In this document: one piece after another, positions 10,986-21,085 of the stretch
Numbering within the stretch: position 1 is the first letter of the stretch
How the letters are laid out: every line of letters starts with the position of its first letter
Assembly: GCF_006345805.1 (NCBI RefSeq)
Contig: NW_021823612.1
Location: 1-22,086 of the forward strand
Length of the DNA stretch: 22,086 nt
Reading direction: 5' to 3'
From: Octopus sinensis
Taxonomy: Eukaryota
The notes under the pieces: generated by a model
What the model saw: only the letters and a program-made list of their open reading frames with translations
Database searches by the model: none
Told to the model about the DNA's origin: nothing
Position numbers and translations under genes: made by a program

Positions 10986-11123
10986 GCGCTAATATATTTT
11001 CAGTCCGAATATATTTGATGCAGGTTCGAATAGGGGAAGAAGCTACTCACTGAGACAACTACTCCGAAATGTTAACATCTTACAGTTTGGGTAGATGGCG
11101 CTGCTAGCTGATCTAGGTGTATA

Positions 11124-11345
11124 CAGTAATCCTCGACTACTGCGGGTGCTACGTTTCAAAACACCCCGCGATAGATGAAAATCCGCGAAGTAGAAACAGT
11201 ACTGTACTGTATATTTTTATTAATTATTTTTATAATTTGTATATATTTATTTTATTATAAATCCAAAACAACACCGTGGATTAATCAAAGTAAGATTAAA
11301 TAATAAACCGCGATAGGTGAATCGCGATATAGCGAAGGATTACTG
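11124..11345. mobile_element. pogo/Tigger-type MITE (222 bp)
   Basis: TIRs CAGTAATCCT.../...AGGATTACTG (outer 10 bp perfect, then degenerate); TA at 11122-11123 and 11346-11347; subterminal CCGCGATAG repeats. Confidence 0.85.
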
Positions 11346-11556
11346 TACTACGCACCATTTGTCAACAAGCGAGATATATTCTCGGTGACAAAACGCTGTG
11401 AGTAGCTTGTTCCCCAGTTCGAACGCGCAAGAAGCATATCCGGACTGCTAATTACTAGTTAAATTGTTTTTTGAGTTTAAATCAGTCTATAGGGGGGTAT
11501 ATGTGTACAGAGGACAGCAGGTGTGGTTAGAGAAGTAAGTATATGTGGGTACTAAC

Positions 11557-12277
11557 CAGGGCCGGATAAAGACCTATCGAGGCCCTAAGCACTTACAAGA
11601 TTTTAGTACCCGCATAAAATATTATGTAATTCAAAATATAAACAATAATAAACCATAACGAAACGAAACAGTAAGAGGGAAAATAATGTTTATTTTTGTA
11701 TACTTCCATTTTATTTATATTTGAAAAGTTTCCTCCTACTTTTTTGAATCGCAAAGTCTTTGAATCAAATCCTCAAAATTAATCTCAGGTAACACATCTG
11801 CATCTGTATCAGGGACAGATCATCTCGACGTCTACTCAGCAAGACGGCGATGATTCACGCGTAGAATATGCTGAGAGCTTAGCTCTCAGCATGGGGTCCC
11901 TGCGGGCAGGAGCCATGTACGATGACTAGGAATAACTAAAACCAAAATAGAGACAATATACCGGATATGACAAACAGGTGGTACCACGTTCTCTTGGCAG
12001 GACAGTGGGGTCGCCCCAGGCTTTGCCTGCCGTTCATGCGCGTCGCTAATGACGGGACATTAAGTAGGACCGCCCACTATAAAAATAGGGAAGCGACATT
12101 AAATGCCAATAATTACAATAGAAGAGATAAAGGCATCCTTAATATTATTTTTGCAATTTTAAAGTGATTTCTTTTGTGCCGTAGACCATTTACCATTTTT
12201 GTGGTACAGCCCCCCCCCCCACCCCCCGCCGCGCCCTAAGCACGTGCTTATCTTGCTTAATGGTTAATCCAACGCTA
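11557..12277 (-). mobile_element. internally deleted hAT DNA transposon
   Basis: Left end CAGGGCCGGATAAAG; degenerate right end GGTTAATCCAACGCTA; subterminal GCCCTAAGCAC at both ends; hAT C-terminal remnant inside. No clean 8-bp TSD is visible. Confidence 0.65.
11711..11807 (-). pseudogene. hAT transposase C-terminal (dimerisation-domain) remnant
   Basis: Translates TDADVLPEINFEDLI, then a 1-nt frameshift, then KDFAIQKSRRKLFKYK*. This matches the I-D-F-D-D-I-I-x-x-F-A-x-x-K-x-R-K pattern ending hAT (Tip100/ZMYM1-like) transposases. Confidence 0.7.
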
Positions 12278-12324
12278 TAGTCAAACGCAGATCATGTTTT
12301 TACTTCATTGTACACTTTTATTAG

Positions 12325-12742
12325 TTTTACGCGTTTCAGTTATTTGACTGCGGCCATGCTGGAGCACTGCCTTAAAGGCTGTTAGTCGAAGAAATCGACC
12401 CTAGGACTTATTCTTTGTAAGCCTTCTACTTGTTCTATTGGTCTCTTTTGTCGAACCGTTAGATTACAGGGACTTAAACACACCAGCATTGAATGTTAAG
12501 CTATGGCGGTATGAGGGGGACAAACAGACACAAACACACCATTATATAATATGTGTGTGTGTGCATGTATGTATGTATGTATGTATATATGACAGGCTTC
12601 TTTCAGTTTCCGTCTACCAAATCCACTCACAGGGATTTGGTTGGCCCGAGGCTATAGTAGAAGATACTTGCCCAAGGTGCCACGCAATGGAACTGAACTG
12701 TGGTTGGGAAACAAGCCTCTTTCCACACAACCACGCCTGCGC
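12325..12742 (-). mobile_element. SINE family A, full length
   Basis: Colinear reverse complement of 1569-1979. Confidence 0.9.
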
Positions 12743-12769
12743 CTATATATATATATGTGTGGGGGGGTG

Positions 12770-12960
12770 TCTGTATTTGTCCCACCACCTTCACTTGGCA
12801 ACCGATGTTCGGCAGGAGAGACCCATAGCGTTTCGGCAGGAGAGACCGATAAAATAAGCACCAGGCTTACAAAGAACAAGTCCAGGGATTGATTTCTTCG
12901 ACCAAAAAGGCGGTGCTCCAGCATGGCCACAAACAAATGACTGAATGAAACGTGGAAAAG
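12770..12960 (+). mobile_element. SINE family A, 3' half with an internal duplication of TTCGGCAGGAGAGACC
   Basis: GAGACCGATAAAATAAGCACCAGGCTTACAAAGAA...GGCGGTGCTCCAGCATGGCCAC. Confidence 0.85.
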
Positions 12961-12961
12961 A

Positions 12962-13193
12962 ATTAGAATTAATGATTTCTTTTCCCAACTGGTCCACCAC
13001 GTTTATCTTGTCAGCGATCACCTAACTGTGTCCTTCCCATGCAGATCACGTCCCTGGGTAATGCCACACCACCAGTTATATGTTGGAGGTCACAGACTGC
13101 CTGACAAGTGGTTCAACGTGGACTGATTCACTTTGGTGGTTTTAATGACCGAAAGCGGAATTAAAAGAACAATAGGACATCTGCAGAGTTCAG
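12962..13193 (+). repeat. unclassified dispersed repeat X, copy 2
   Basis: Left part matches 10833-10985 (direct); right part 13071-13193 matches 18253-18374 (inverted). Confidence 0.85.
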
Positions 13194-13210
13194 AACAATT
13201 TGTTGTTAGC

Positions 13211-13218
13211 AGGTGGAG

Positions 13219-13258
<40 letters not shown>

Positions 13259-13300
13259 TAGTAGTAGTAGTAGTAGTACTTGTAGTAGTAGTGGTAGTAA

Positions 13301-13332
<32 letters not shown>

Positions 13333-13443
13333 CTTGTAGTAGTAGTAGTAGTAGTAGTAGTACTTGTAGTAGTAGTGGTAGTAGTAGTAGTAGTAGTACT
13401 TGTAGTAGTAGTGGTAGTAGTAGTAGTAGTAGTAGTAGTACTT

Positions 13444-13478
<35 letters not shown>

Positions 13479-13534
13479 TGTGGTGGTGGTGGTGGTGGTG
13501 GTGGTGATGGTGGCGGCGGTGGTAGTAGTAGTAG
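13211..13534. repeat. (GTA)n/(GGT)n trinucleotide array
   Basis: Read directly; source of the poly-S/V/L/Y ORFs. Confidence 0.97.
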
Positions 13535-13872
13535 CACGAAAAGGAGAAAGTGAAGTGGTGGCAGAGAAAGAGGTGGTGGTTGAGGAGGAGTAAAAGGTGG
13601 AAGAGGCGGAGGAGGCGGAGGAAGATGAGGAGGTAGAGGTGGAGGCAGAAGGCGACGACCACGACCTCGAGGACTGTACTCGTAACTGTAATAGTGATGT
13701 TGGACTATGACGATAATGATGTGGATGATGATGATGATGATGATGATGATGTGGAGGAGGAGGACACGAAGAGGTCGACCACGAGGCCTAGGAGATTGAA
13801 GAGGAATAACACACAAAAGCAGGAGGCCAGAAATTTGACAAACGCTTCACAACTGTTGTTGGTGTGTTTACG

Positions 13873-14064
13873 TACCTATTTCTTTATTACCCACAAGGGG
13901 CTAAACACAGAGGGGACAAACAAGGACAGACATAGGTATTAAGTCGATTATATCGACCCAGTGCGTAACTGGTAAACTTAATTTATCGACCCCGAAAGGA
14001 TGAAAGGCAAAGTCGAACCTCGGCGAATTTGAACTCACACACGTAACGCAGACGAAATATCTGC
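13873..14064 (-). mobile_element. SINE family B, type-1 tail
   Basis: TACCTATTTCTTTATTACCCACAAGGGGCTAAACACAGAGGGGACAAAC...ATCGACCCCGAAAGGATGAAAGGCAAAGTCG. Confidence 0.9.
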
Positions 14065-14169
14065 GTACCAGTAACCTATCGGTTCGTCAAAGCACACCGA
14101 CAGAATGAGTACCAGGTTTAAAAATTCATTTGAGTAAAAGTCTTAAAAGAATGTGTGTGCGCGCGCGCG

Positions 14170-14550
14170 TGTGTATGTATGAATGTATGTATAAATGTAT
14201 GTATGTATGTATAAATGTATATATGTATGTATGTATGAATGTATGTATAAATGTATGTATGTATGTATAAATGTATGTATGTATGTATGTATAAATGTAT
14301 GTATGTATATATGTATAAATGTATATATGTATGTATGTATGAATGTATGTATAAATGTATGTATGTATGTATAAATGTATGTATATATGTATGTATAAAT
14401 GTATGTATGTATATATGTATAAATGTATATATGTATGTATGTATGAATGTATGTATAAATGTATGTATAAATATATGTATAAATGTATATATATGTATGT
14501 ATGTATGAATGTATGTATAAATGTATGTATGTATAAATACATGTATGTAT
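14170..14550. repeat. complex (ATGT)n array with ATAA/GAAT variants
   Basis: Read directly; probably an expanded internal microsatellite of the family A copy that follows. Confidence 0.95.
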
Positions 14551-14554
14551 ATGG

Positions 14555-14735
14555 GTGTTATCTTGTGTCTGTGTTAGTACCCTCACCGCTTGATAACCGG
14601 TGTTGTGTTTACGTCCATGTAACTTAGCGGTCTCATAGAAGAATCCTGATATAATAAGTACCAAAGTTAGAAAATTGGTGGTGGGGTCGACTTTTTCGAC
14701 TAAACCCTTCAGTTCAAAGACAGAAACATGTAAAC
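14555..14735 (+). mobile_element. SINE family A, 3' half
   Basis: CGCTTGATAACCGGTGTTGTGTTTACGTCCATGTAACTTAGCGG...ATAAGTACC...GGGGTCGACTTTTTCGACTAAA. Confidence 0.8.
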
Positions 14736-14921
14736 GATTTCAAAAAAAAGTTGAATAGTTTCCAGCGGTGGCGCTCCTGAAAAGTCTTATTTCTTGCCAT
14801 ATTTTGCCAGGGAATGCGACCAGTCTACTCGATTATTCTTCCCCTTCAGAATGGTAATGTAATGTTAAAGGTACGGTCAAGTGCATTGGTCGACAGACAG
14901 CGCTGAGTGTCAGATCTCTGC

Positions 14922-15112
14922 CAGAGAGAGAGAAAGAGAAAGACTGAGTGAGTGAGAGAGTGAGTGAGTGAAAGAGAGAGAGAAGAAGAAGAAGAAGAAG
15001 AAGAAGAAGAAGAGAAGAAGAAGAAGAAGAAGAAGAAGGAGGAGGAGGAGGAGGAGGAGGCGGAGCAGTAGAAGGAGAAGAAGAAGAAGAAGAGAGTGAA
15101 GGAGAGAGAGGT
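14922..15112. repeat. polypurine (GA/GAA/GGA)n tract
   Basis: Read directly. Confidence 0.95.
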
Positions 15113-15332
15113 TGGAAAAAAGGTGAGTAAAAAGTTCTATTGGAAAAATGTGCTTGATAAAAGGCAACATTTTCGCGTGCAGGAATGTCTGCCCATGGTC
15201 ATCGTCCGGCCATAGCCAACTATCAACGGCCATATATAGAATGTGTAGGCAAAAGTGAGACCGCCTGGACATTGACCAAAGGAATGTGGTGTCTTCCTCC
15301 GGAGCGAACGCTGTAATTCGGTCAGACGGAAC

Positions 15333-15342
15333 CTGACGTCAG
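15333..15342. promoter_or_regulatory. palindromic CRE/ATF-type motif (function unproven)
   Basis: CTGACGTCAG in a non-repetitive, CpG-containing stretch. Confidence 0.3.
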
Positions 15343-15819
15343 ACGCTGCATTAAGTGTAATATTGTTAGTGGTGGTGTCAGGAGAGGAAAGGAGTGGTAA
15401 AGACAGAGAGAGAGAGAGAGGGAGAGGGAAGGAGGAAGGGAGAGAGAGAGGAAGTGGAAGGGAGCAAGGGAGGGAGGGACAGTGAAGGATTGGGAGAAGG
15501 CGCGAAGATGGAAGGTTAATCAAACGATCGAAATAAGTGGACCAGGAGAGAGACTTTTTCAAACATCCACAACAAAAACACAGAAAGAATACAGAACAGG
15601 TATAATGCACCTACAACATCGACAGCAACCAATAAAAACATTTATAACATTTACGACTAGGACGGCGATAGCAGAGAGCACAAGTACGCAAGCAAATGAC
15701 CCAAAAAAAATTTAATAATAATTATTATAAAAAATAATAATGATAATAATAACAACAACAACAACAACAATAATATAACAACAAAAATAATAATGATAAT
15801 AATATGATAATAATAATAG

Positions 15820-15966
15820 GCACTACTAGGCACTGCACACATCCTACGCAGAACACTTTCCATACAATAACCATCAGAGCATCAAACAAATCACAGCACA
15901 TACCCAAGGCACACAGAGCTGCGCTCGGTAGTGAGTGAAAGCACGCTATAAAAATAAAACTACTGA
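15820..15966 (+). mobile_element. R4/Dong-type non-LTR retrotransposon, extreme 3' end
   Basis: 15820-15870 reads ALLGTAHILRRTLSIQ*, the LLGTA-x-ILR terminal motif of R4/Dong ORFs; short 3' UTR; embedded in (TAA)n on both sides. Confidence 0.8.
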
Positions 15967-16138
<172 letters not shown>

Positions 16139-16139
16139 A

Positions 16140-16456
16140 GTGGGGGAGCATCATAGCCTTGTGTTGAGAGGGATTTTGGGGTTTGAATAATTCACCTCTG
16201 GAAACATCCTTAAACAACCCTTATTTAGGGACCTTTTGAGCGGGATGGGCTACTCAACCTGAAGAAAATTCTAACTGGGCCCCACCTGCAAGGTCATGTG
16301 CTGTTTATCTTGATATGAGATCACCATGTCGCGCACATATGGTTGTGATGCATGTACCTAGTGTACCCTTATCAGACGAGTATTCATGATGGGTATATTG
16401 GGCTTCGTATATTTTACCCCAGTGTCACTTTGATGGCATGAACTGCTCTCTCACTC

Positions 16457-16495
<39 letters not shown>

Positions 16496-16506
16496 TATAA
16501 TTATAA
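16140..16506 (+). mobile_element. probable retroelement 3' UTR with (TAA)n tail, unclassified
   Basis: Complex sequence ending CTCTCTCACTC-(AAT)n in a stack of LINE ends; no diagnostic ORF seen. Confidence 0.4.
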
Positions 16507-16988
16507 TCCTTTATTTACTGGCCCCCAAGGGCCAAACACAAGAACATATAGGGACAATACAAAGCAAGGGACAAGCGGGGTTTAAAATCAGAAAACGTAT
16601 AAACAATAAAAACAGTTAACAACAACAACAAAAAAAAAGAAACAACAAAATTCCCTAATGGGGGGATAGAGTTCCACCCAGGACCAACGAGGTACCCCAG
16701 ACATGTTGGTCACCCCGACTTGCAAGGGCACGCCATGCACGTAGATACCGCTCTTCCCCTCAACTGCTCCGGTTTATTGGAGAGTATTCTGAGGAGGCCC
16801 GTTCACGCGAGCCTTTTTCGCAACATTTACCCACCTTTTAACAAGCTTACTGATGGTGCGAGATAGTCAGTACTCTCTACTGTCATTTTCCCTTTCAAGT
16901 GCAATTTGAAAAAGTCGATGAGGGCTCAGCCGAAGAGGAAAGTATCTGTCTTCACTTTTTTCAGCCTCGTCCACCACTCTACTTCTTA
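16507..16988 (-). mobile_element. Tx1/L1-like LINE 3' end (ORF2 C-terminal remnant plus 3' UTR)
   Basis: Minus strand reads EVEWWTRLKKVKTDTFLFG*ALIDFFKLHLKGKMTVE, then a frameshift, then KLVKRWVNVAKKARVNG. This resembles the W..R / F..RW C-terminus of Tx1-clade ORF2. A T-rich UTR ends AGTAAATAAAGG before (TTA)n. Confidence 0.55.
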
Positions 16989-17080
16989 ATAACATGATAC
17001 GATGTTGCGTGCTCCTCTGACCCATGAATAGTCAAGAAGGAAAGTGGAAAGTTAGATGGGTAGATAGATAGATAGATAGA

Positions 17081-17217
17081 TATGTTTCTTTATTAGCCAC
17101 ACAGGGCTGCACACAGACGGGACAGATTACAAAGTAGAGCTTTTCTTTTTGGGGGAGAGAAAAAAAAATACAAAGGTGGGGTAGGTTTTCGATCAAAAGG
17201 GATCGTAAAAGGGAAAG

Positions 17218-17218
<1 letters not shown>
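17081..17218 (-). mobile_element. Tx1-like 3' UTR fragment inserted in (GATA)n
   Basis: Minus strand ends TGTCCCGTCTGTGTGCAGCCCTGTGTGGCTAATAAAGAAACA-(TATC)n, similar to the 3' end at 16508-16560; GATA arrays on both sides. Confidence 0.55.
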
Positions 17219-17298
<80 letters not shown>

Positions 17299-17310
17299 GG
17301 ATGGATGGAT
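17219..17310. repeat. (GATA)n/(GGAT)n microsatellite
   Basis: Read directly. Confidence 0.97.
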
Positions 17311-17313
17311 GGA

Positions 17314-17625
17314 CAACCCGCTTAAGTGCGAAATAACCCGGCTATGGAAAATGAAGAAGGTGAAAATAGTGCCAATTATTGTTCGGTCCTTGGGAACAGT
17401 ATCAGAAGGCATCAAAAGGAATATAAAGGAAATTGGAATAGAATGCCCAGTAGAACTGTCAAAAAAGATTTGCTTCCTTGGCACGGCCAGAATAGTCAGG
17501 GAAGTATTAAATAGCTGAAAAGAACGGTTAGCATGGTACCGTAGACTGCAGGTAGTAAGCCCGCTACATATGCAAAGACTCCAGGAGCTCCAACAAAATC
17601 TCTGAGAAAGAGAAATAATAATAAT
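17314..17625 (+). mobile_element. R4/Dong-type non-LTR retrotransposon 3' end (C-terminus of the restriction-like endonuclease region)
   Basis: PLKCEITRLWKMKKVKIVPIIVRSLGTV...LSKKICFLGTARIVREVLNS* (stop ends at 17518) fits L..EI.RLW....VIPVVIGALG...LQK..LLGTA.ILR.VL; about 95-nt UTR then an AAT-repeat tail at 17614-17625. Confidence 0.85.
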
Positions 17626-17796
17626 GGCTTCAAATTTTGGCACAAGGCCAGCAATTTCGTCCCCAGTACGCAACTGATACTTAATTTATCGACCCCAAAA
17701 GGATGAAAGACAAAGTCGACCTCGGCGGGATTTTGAACTCAGGACGTAGCGACGGGCGAAATATCGGCGTGCTAACAAGTCTGCCAGATCGCCCCT

Positions 17797-17797
<1 letters not shown>
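17626..17797 (-). mobile_element. SINE family B, type-2 tail
   Basis: TTCAAATTTTGGCACAAGGCC...TACTTAATTTATCGACCCCAAAAGGATGAAAGACAAAGTCGACCTCGGCGG. Confidence 0.85.
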
Positions 17798-17857
<60 letters not shown>

Positions 17858-17915
17858 AAGAAGAAGAAGAAGAAGAACAACAACAACAACAACAACAACA
17901 ACAGCAATAACAATA
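17797..17915. repeat. compound (CTA)n-(GAA)n-(CAA)n
   Basis: Read directly. Confidence 0.97.
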
Positions 17916-17919
17916 ATTA

Positions 17920-18433
17920 AGGTGAAAAGCTGGTAGAATCGTTAGTACGGTGGACAGAATGCTTAGCGATATTTCGTCTGCCATTACGTTCTGAGTTCAA
18001 ATTCCACCGAGGTCGACTTTGCCTTTCATCCTTTCGGTGGGGGGGGGGGTCGATTAAATAAGTACCAGTTACGCACTTGGGTCAATCTAATCGACTTAAT
18101 CCGTTTGTCTGTCCTTGTTTGTTCCCTCAGTGTTTAACCACTTGTGGGTAGTAAAGCAATAGGTATTTTGCCTGTCGCTACGTTCAGAGTTCAAATTCCA
18201 TCCAGGTCGACTTTGTCTTTCATACTTTCATACTTTAAGTACCAGTGAAACACTGAACTCTGCAGATGTCCTATTGTTCTTTTAATTCCGCTTTCGATCA
18301 TTAAAACCACCAAAGTGAATCAGTCCTCATTGAACCTCATGTCAAGCACTCTGTGAACTCAACGTATAACTGGTTGTCGATGTAATGGACTAATACCGTC
18401 CCCACAAATTTTAGGCCTTGTGCTACGAGCAGA

Positions 18434-18435
<2 letters not shown>
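17920..18435 (+). mobile_element. SINE family B tandem (full unit plus headless second unit, the latter interrupted by repeat X)
   Basis: Unit 1 ends AAAGCAATAGG and runs into TATTTTGCCTGTCGCTACGTTC. Unit 2 stops at ACCAGTGAAACA (18252) and resumes GTCGATGTAATGGACT (18376) with a type-2 tail. Confidence 0.8.
18253..18374 (-). repeat. unclassified dispersed repeat X, copy 3 (inverted)
   Basis: Reverse complement of 13071-13193; 18253-18326 is 73/74 identical to 13120-13193. Confidence 0.9.
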
Positions 18436-18528
<93 letters not shown>

Positions 18529-18692
18529 CAATATAAAATAATAATAATAATAAAATAATAACAATTAATAATAATAATAATAATATGATTATTATTATTA
18601 TTATTATTGCTATTATTGTAGTTGTTGTTGCTGTTGTTATTATTATTAATATTATTATTGTTGTTATTGTTGTTATTATTATTATTATTATA
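18433..18692. repeat. (TAA)n followed by (TTA/TTG)n
   Basis: Read directly; the array switches strand near 18585. Confidence 0.95.
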
Positions 18693-19054
18693 ACAACGAA
18701 AACAAAGTAAATTAAAAAAAACACAAAGAGAAAGAAAAAAACAAAAACAAAAAGATAAACAAAAGCAAGCAATAAACCTAAACCCACGCCCTCTCCCATT
18801 ATGCCCATCCCCACTGTAACTTGTTCGTCAACAATTTAGAAATTAACAAAGCTTTATTATTAATAACAAGTGAAAATATGTACGATTCATACAAAAAACC
18901 GCAAGGCATGTATTGTAGGTTTCCTTATATACATACATACAGACATACAAATGTATGTATACATATATTGTGTCTATTAACATGTTAAACGAACAAACGA
19001 ATGGATTTCAAATTTTACAGCCATTGTTTTGCTGAGAACCTTCATTTAAGACAA

Positions 19055-19470
19055 GAGCTGGCAGAGTTGTTAAGCACGGTGGGCGAAATGCTTAGCGGCA
19101 TTTCGTCTGCCGCTACGTTCTGAGTTCAAATTCCACCGAGGTCGACTTTGCCTTTCATCCTTTCGGGGTCGATTAAATAAGTACCGGTTACGCACTGGGG
19201 TCTATATAGTCGACTTAATCCGTTTGTCTGTCCTTGTTTGTCCCTTCTGTGTTTAACTAACCCCTTGCGGGTAGTAAAGAAATAGGTATTTCGTCTGCTG
19301 GTACGTTCTGAGTACAAATTCCACCGAGGTCGACTTTGCTTTTATCCTTCCGGGGTCGATAAATTAAGTACCAGTTACGCACTGGGGTCGATGTAATTGA
19401 CTAAATACTTTTGTCTGTCCTTGTTTGTCCCCTCTGTGTGTTAGCCCCTTGTGGGCAATAAAGAAATAAG
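19055..19470 (+). mobile_element. SINE family B dimer, type-1 tails
   Basis: Full unit to AAAGAAATAGG (19287), then a second unit starting TATTTCGTCTGC and ending GGGCAATAAAGAAATAAG. Confidence 0.9.
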
Positions 19471-19497
19471 AATCTTTATTTACTAAACGCATAATGT

Positions 19498-19595
19498 GGA
19501 GGCTCAATGGCCCAGTGGTTATGGCAGCGGATTCGCGGTCGTGGGATCGCGGTTTCGATTCCCAGGCCTAAAGCTCCATGAGGCTCCGGCAAAGT
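19498..19595 (+). mobile_element. SINE family C head, deleted and truncated
   Basis: GGAGGCTCAATGGCCCAGTGGTTATGGCAGCGGATTCGCGGTCGTGGGATCGCGGTTTCGATTCCCAG...CTAAAGCTCCATGAGGCTCCGGCA matches 6869-6995. Confidence 0.85.
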
Positions 19596-19887
19596 GGCCA
19601 GCAAACATAATTCAAATATGCAAAATATCTATTAAAAGTCAGGCCACAATATGTACCTGTTTGCTTGAAAAAAGAATAAAAGTCTCCAAAACCACGTATC
19701 TTTCTATATGTAAGCACTCGCGGAGAATGTAGCAAATACATTTTGAAAAACGATTTTTCCAGTTTGTAAATATAGAAATGAGAGGATAGATATCCCAGTA
19801 TCAATTGATTTCGCTTTCTATGTCGAAGCGACACTCAAAGCTTGTCTGTCAATTAGGCATACTACGTAAACTATTTTTAAAGATATA

Positions 19888-21016
19888 TTGGGTTGTCTGG
19901 AAAGTTCGTGCCGATTTATAGTAGCTTACTTTTCGACTTATTTTAGAACAGGGTTGAGTCGATAAAACAGGATTTGACTACACCTCCTTTTAGAGCACAG
20001 TTTAAGCTATCTTTTCCTGGAAGTAGGGTTATGTTCTTATAATCTGTGTTAATTCTGTAACTCTTTAAAATAGAGAGATAAGAAAGTTCATTTTCGGCAC
20101 TTGATGCTTTTCTTTTTCCGTAAAGGGAAAAATGCCTCACAAGCAACCAAAGAAATATGCTCAGTTTACGGTGATGTTTCTTTATGCGAAAGAACTGTAC
20201 GGAAGTGGTTCGCGAGGTTCCGAGCGGGAGATTGCAGCCTTATTGATAAATAGCGATCAGGCAGACCATCCACTACAGATGATGACCAAATCAAGTCATT
20301 AATTGAGAATAACTCACATTGCACAACCCGAGAATTGGCAGAAAGCCTCAACCTATCAAAATCCGTCGTTCATGAGCACCTGGTAAAGCTTCGGTACACA
20401 AATCGCTATGATGTTTGGGTGCCACATATGTTGAGAGAGAAGAACCTTTTGGATCGCATTTCCATCTGTGATTCGCTTTATAAACGGAATGAAAACGCGC
20501 CTTTTTTAAAGCAAATTGTGACAGGTGATGAGAGATGGATTATCTACTGAAATGTTCAGAGAAAGCGATCCAGAATTCAGAGAAATCCTCCAGAATTGGC
20601 CAACAGGAAGGGTGTTGTTTTCCAACATGATAATGCAAGACACACGTTTCTTTAAGAACCAGACAAAAATTGCTGCAGCTTGGCTGGAATGTGTTACCCT
20701 GCCCTCCATATTCACCAGATATTTCCACTTGATTGATTGATTGATTGATTCTAGTTTCAGCTCACGAGCTGTGGCCATGCTGGGGCACCGCCATCAGGTT
20801 TCTGCAAAATAGTCTTATTGGTAAAAAATTTCAATTCCTTGGATGACGTAAAAAGATACCTTGATGAATTCTTTGCCATAAAACCACATCAATTGTGGGA
20901 AGAGGTATTATGTGCAACAAAATGGTTCATATTTGGTTGATTAAAAATGTAATGGCAAGTATTTATTGATCTTTGCTTTCCTTTAAAAATCGGCACGAAC
21001 TTTCCGGACAACCCAA
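19888..21016 (+). mobile_element. mariner DNA transposon, non-autonomous (1129 bp)
   Basis: 30-bp TIRs TTGGGTTGTCTGGAAAGTTCGTGCCGATTT and AAATCGGCACGAACTTTCCGGACAACCCAA with 1 mismatch; TA at 19886-19887 and 21017-21018. Confidence 0.97.
20077..20944 (+). pseudogene. mariner transposase pseudogene
   Basis: DKKVHFRHLMLFFFRKGKNA...WFARFRAGD...*RSGRP...WVPHML...IVTGDERW...HDNAR...PPYSPDI...QQNGSYLVD*. It has a TAG stop at 20251, frameshifts, internal deletions and a 65-bp insert at 20729-20793. Confidence 0.95.
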
Positions 21017-21085
21017 TATTTACCCTTCTTATATGCTTATATATCTACACTCACACACACGCTAAGATATTTATATATACACATA

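Noticed and set aside
13090-13816. Longest ORFs (poly-Y/L/S/V, 117-208 aa)
   Set aside because: They are translations of the (GTA)n/(GGT)n arrays, open in several frames on both strands, with no domain.
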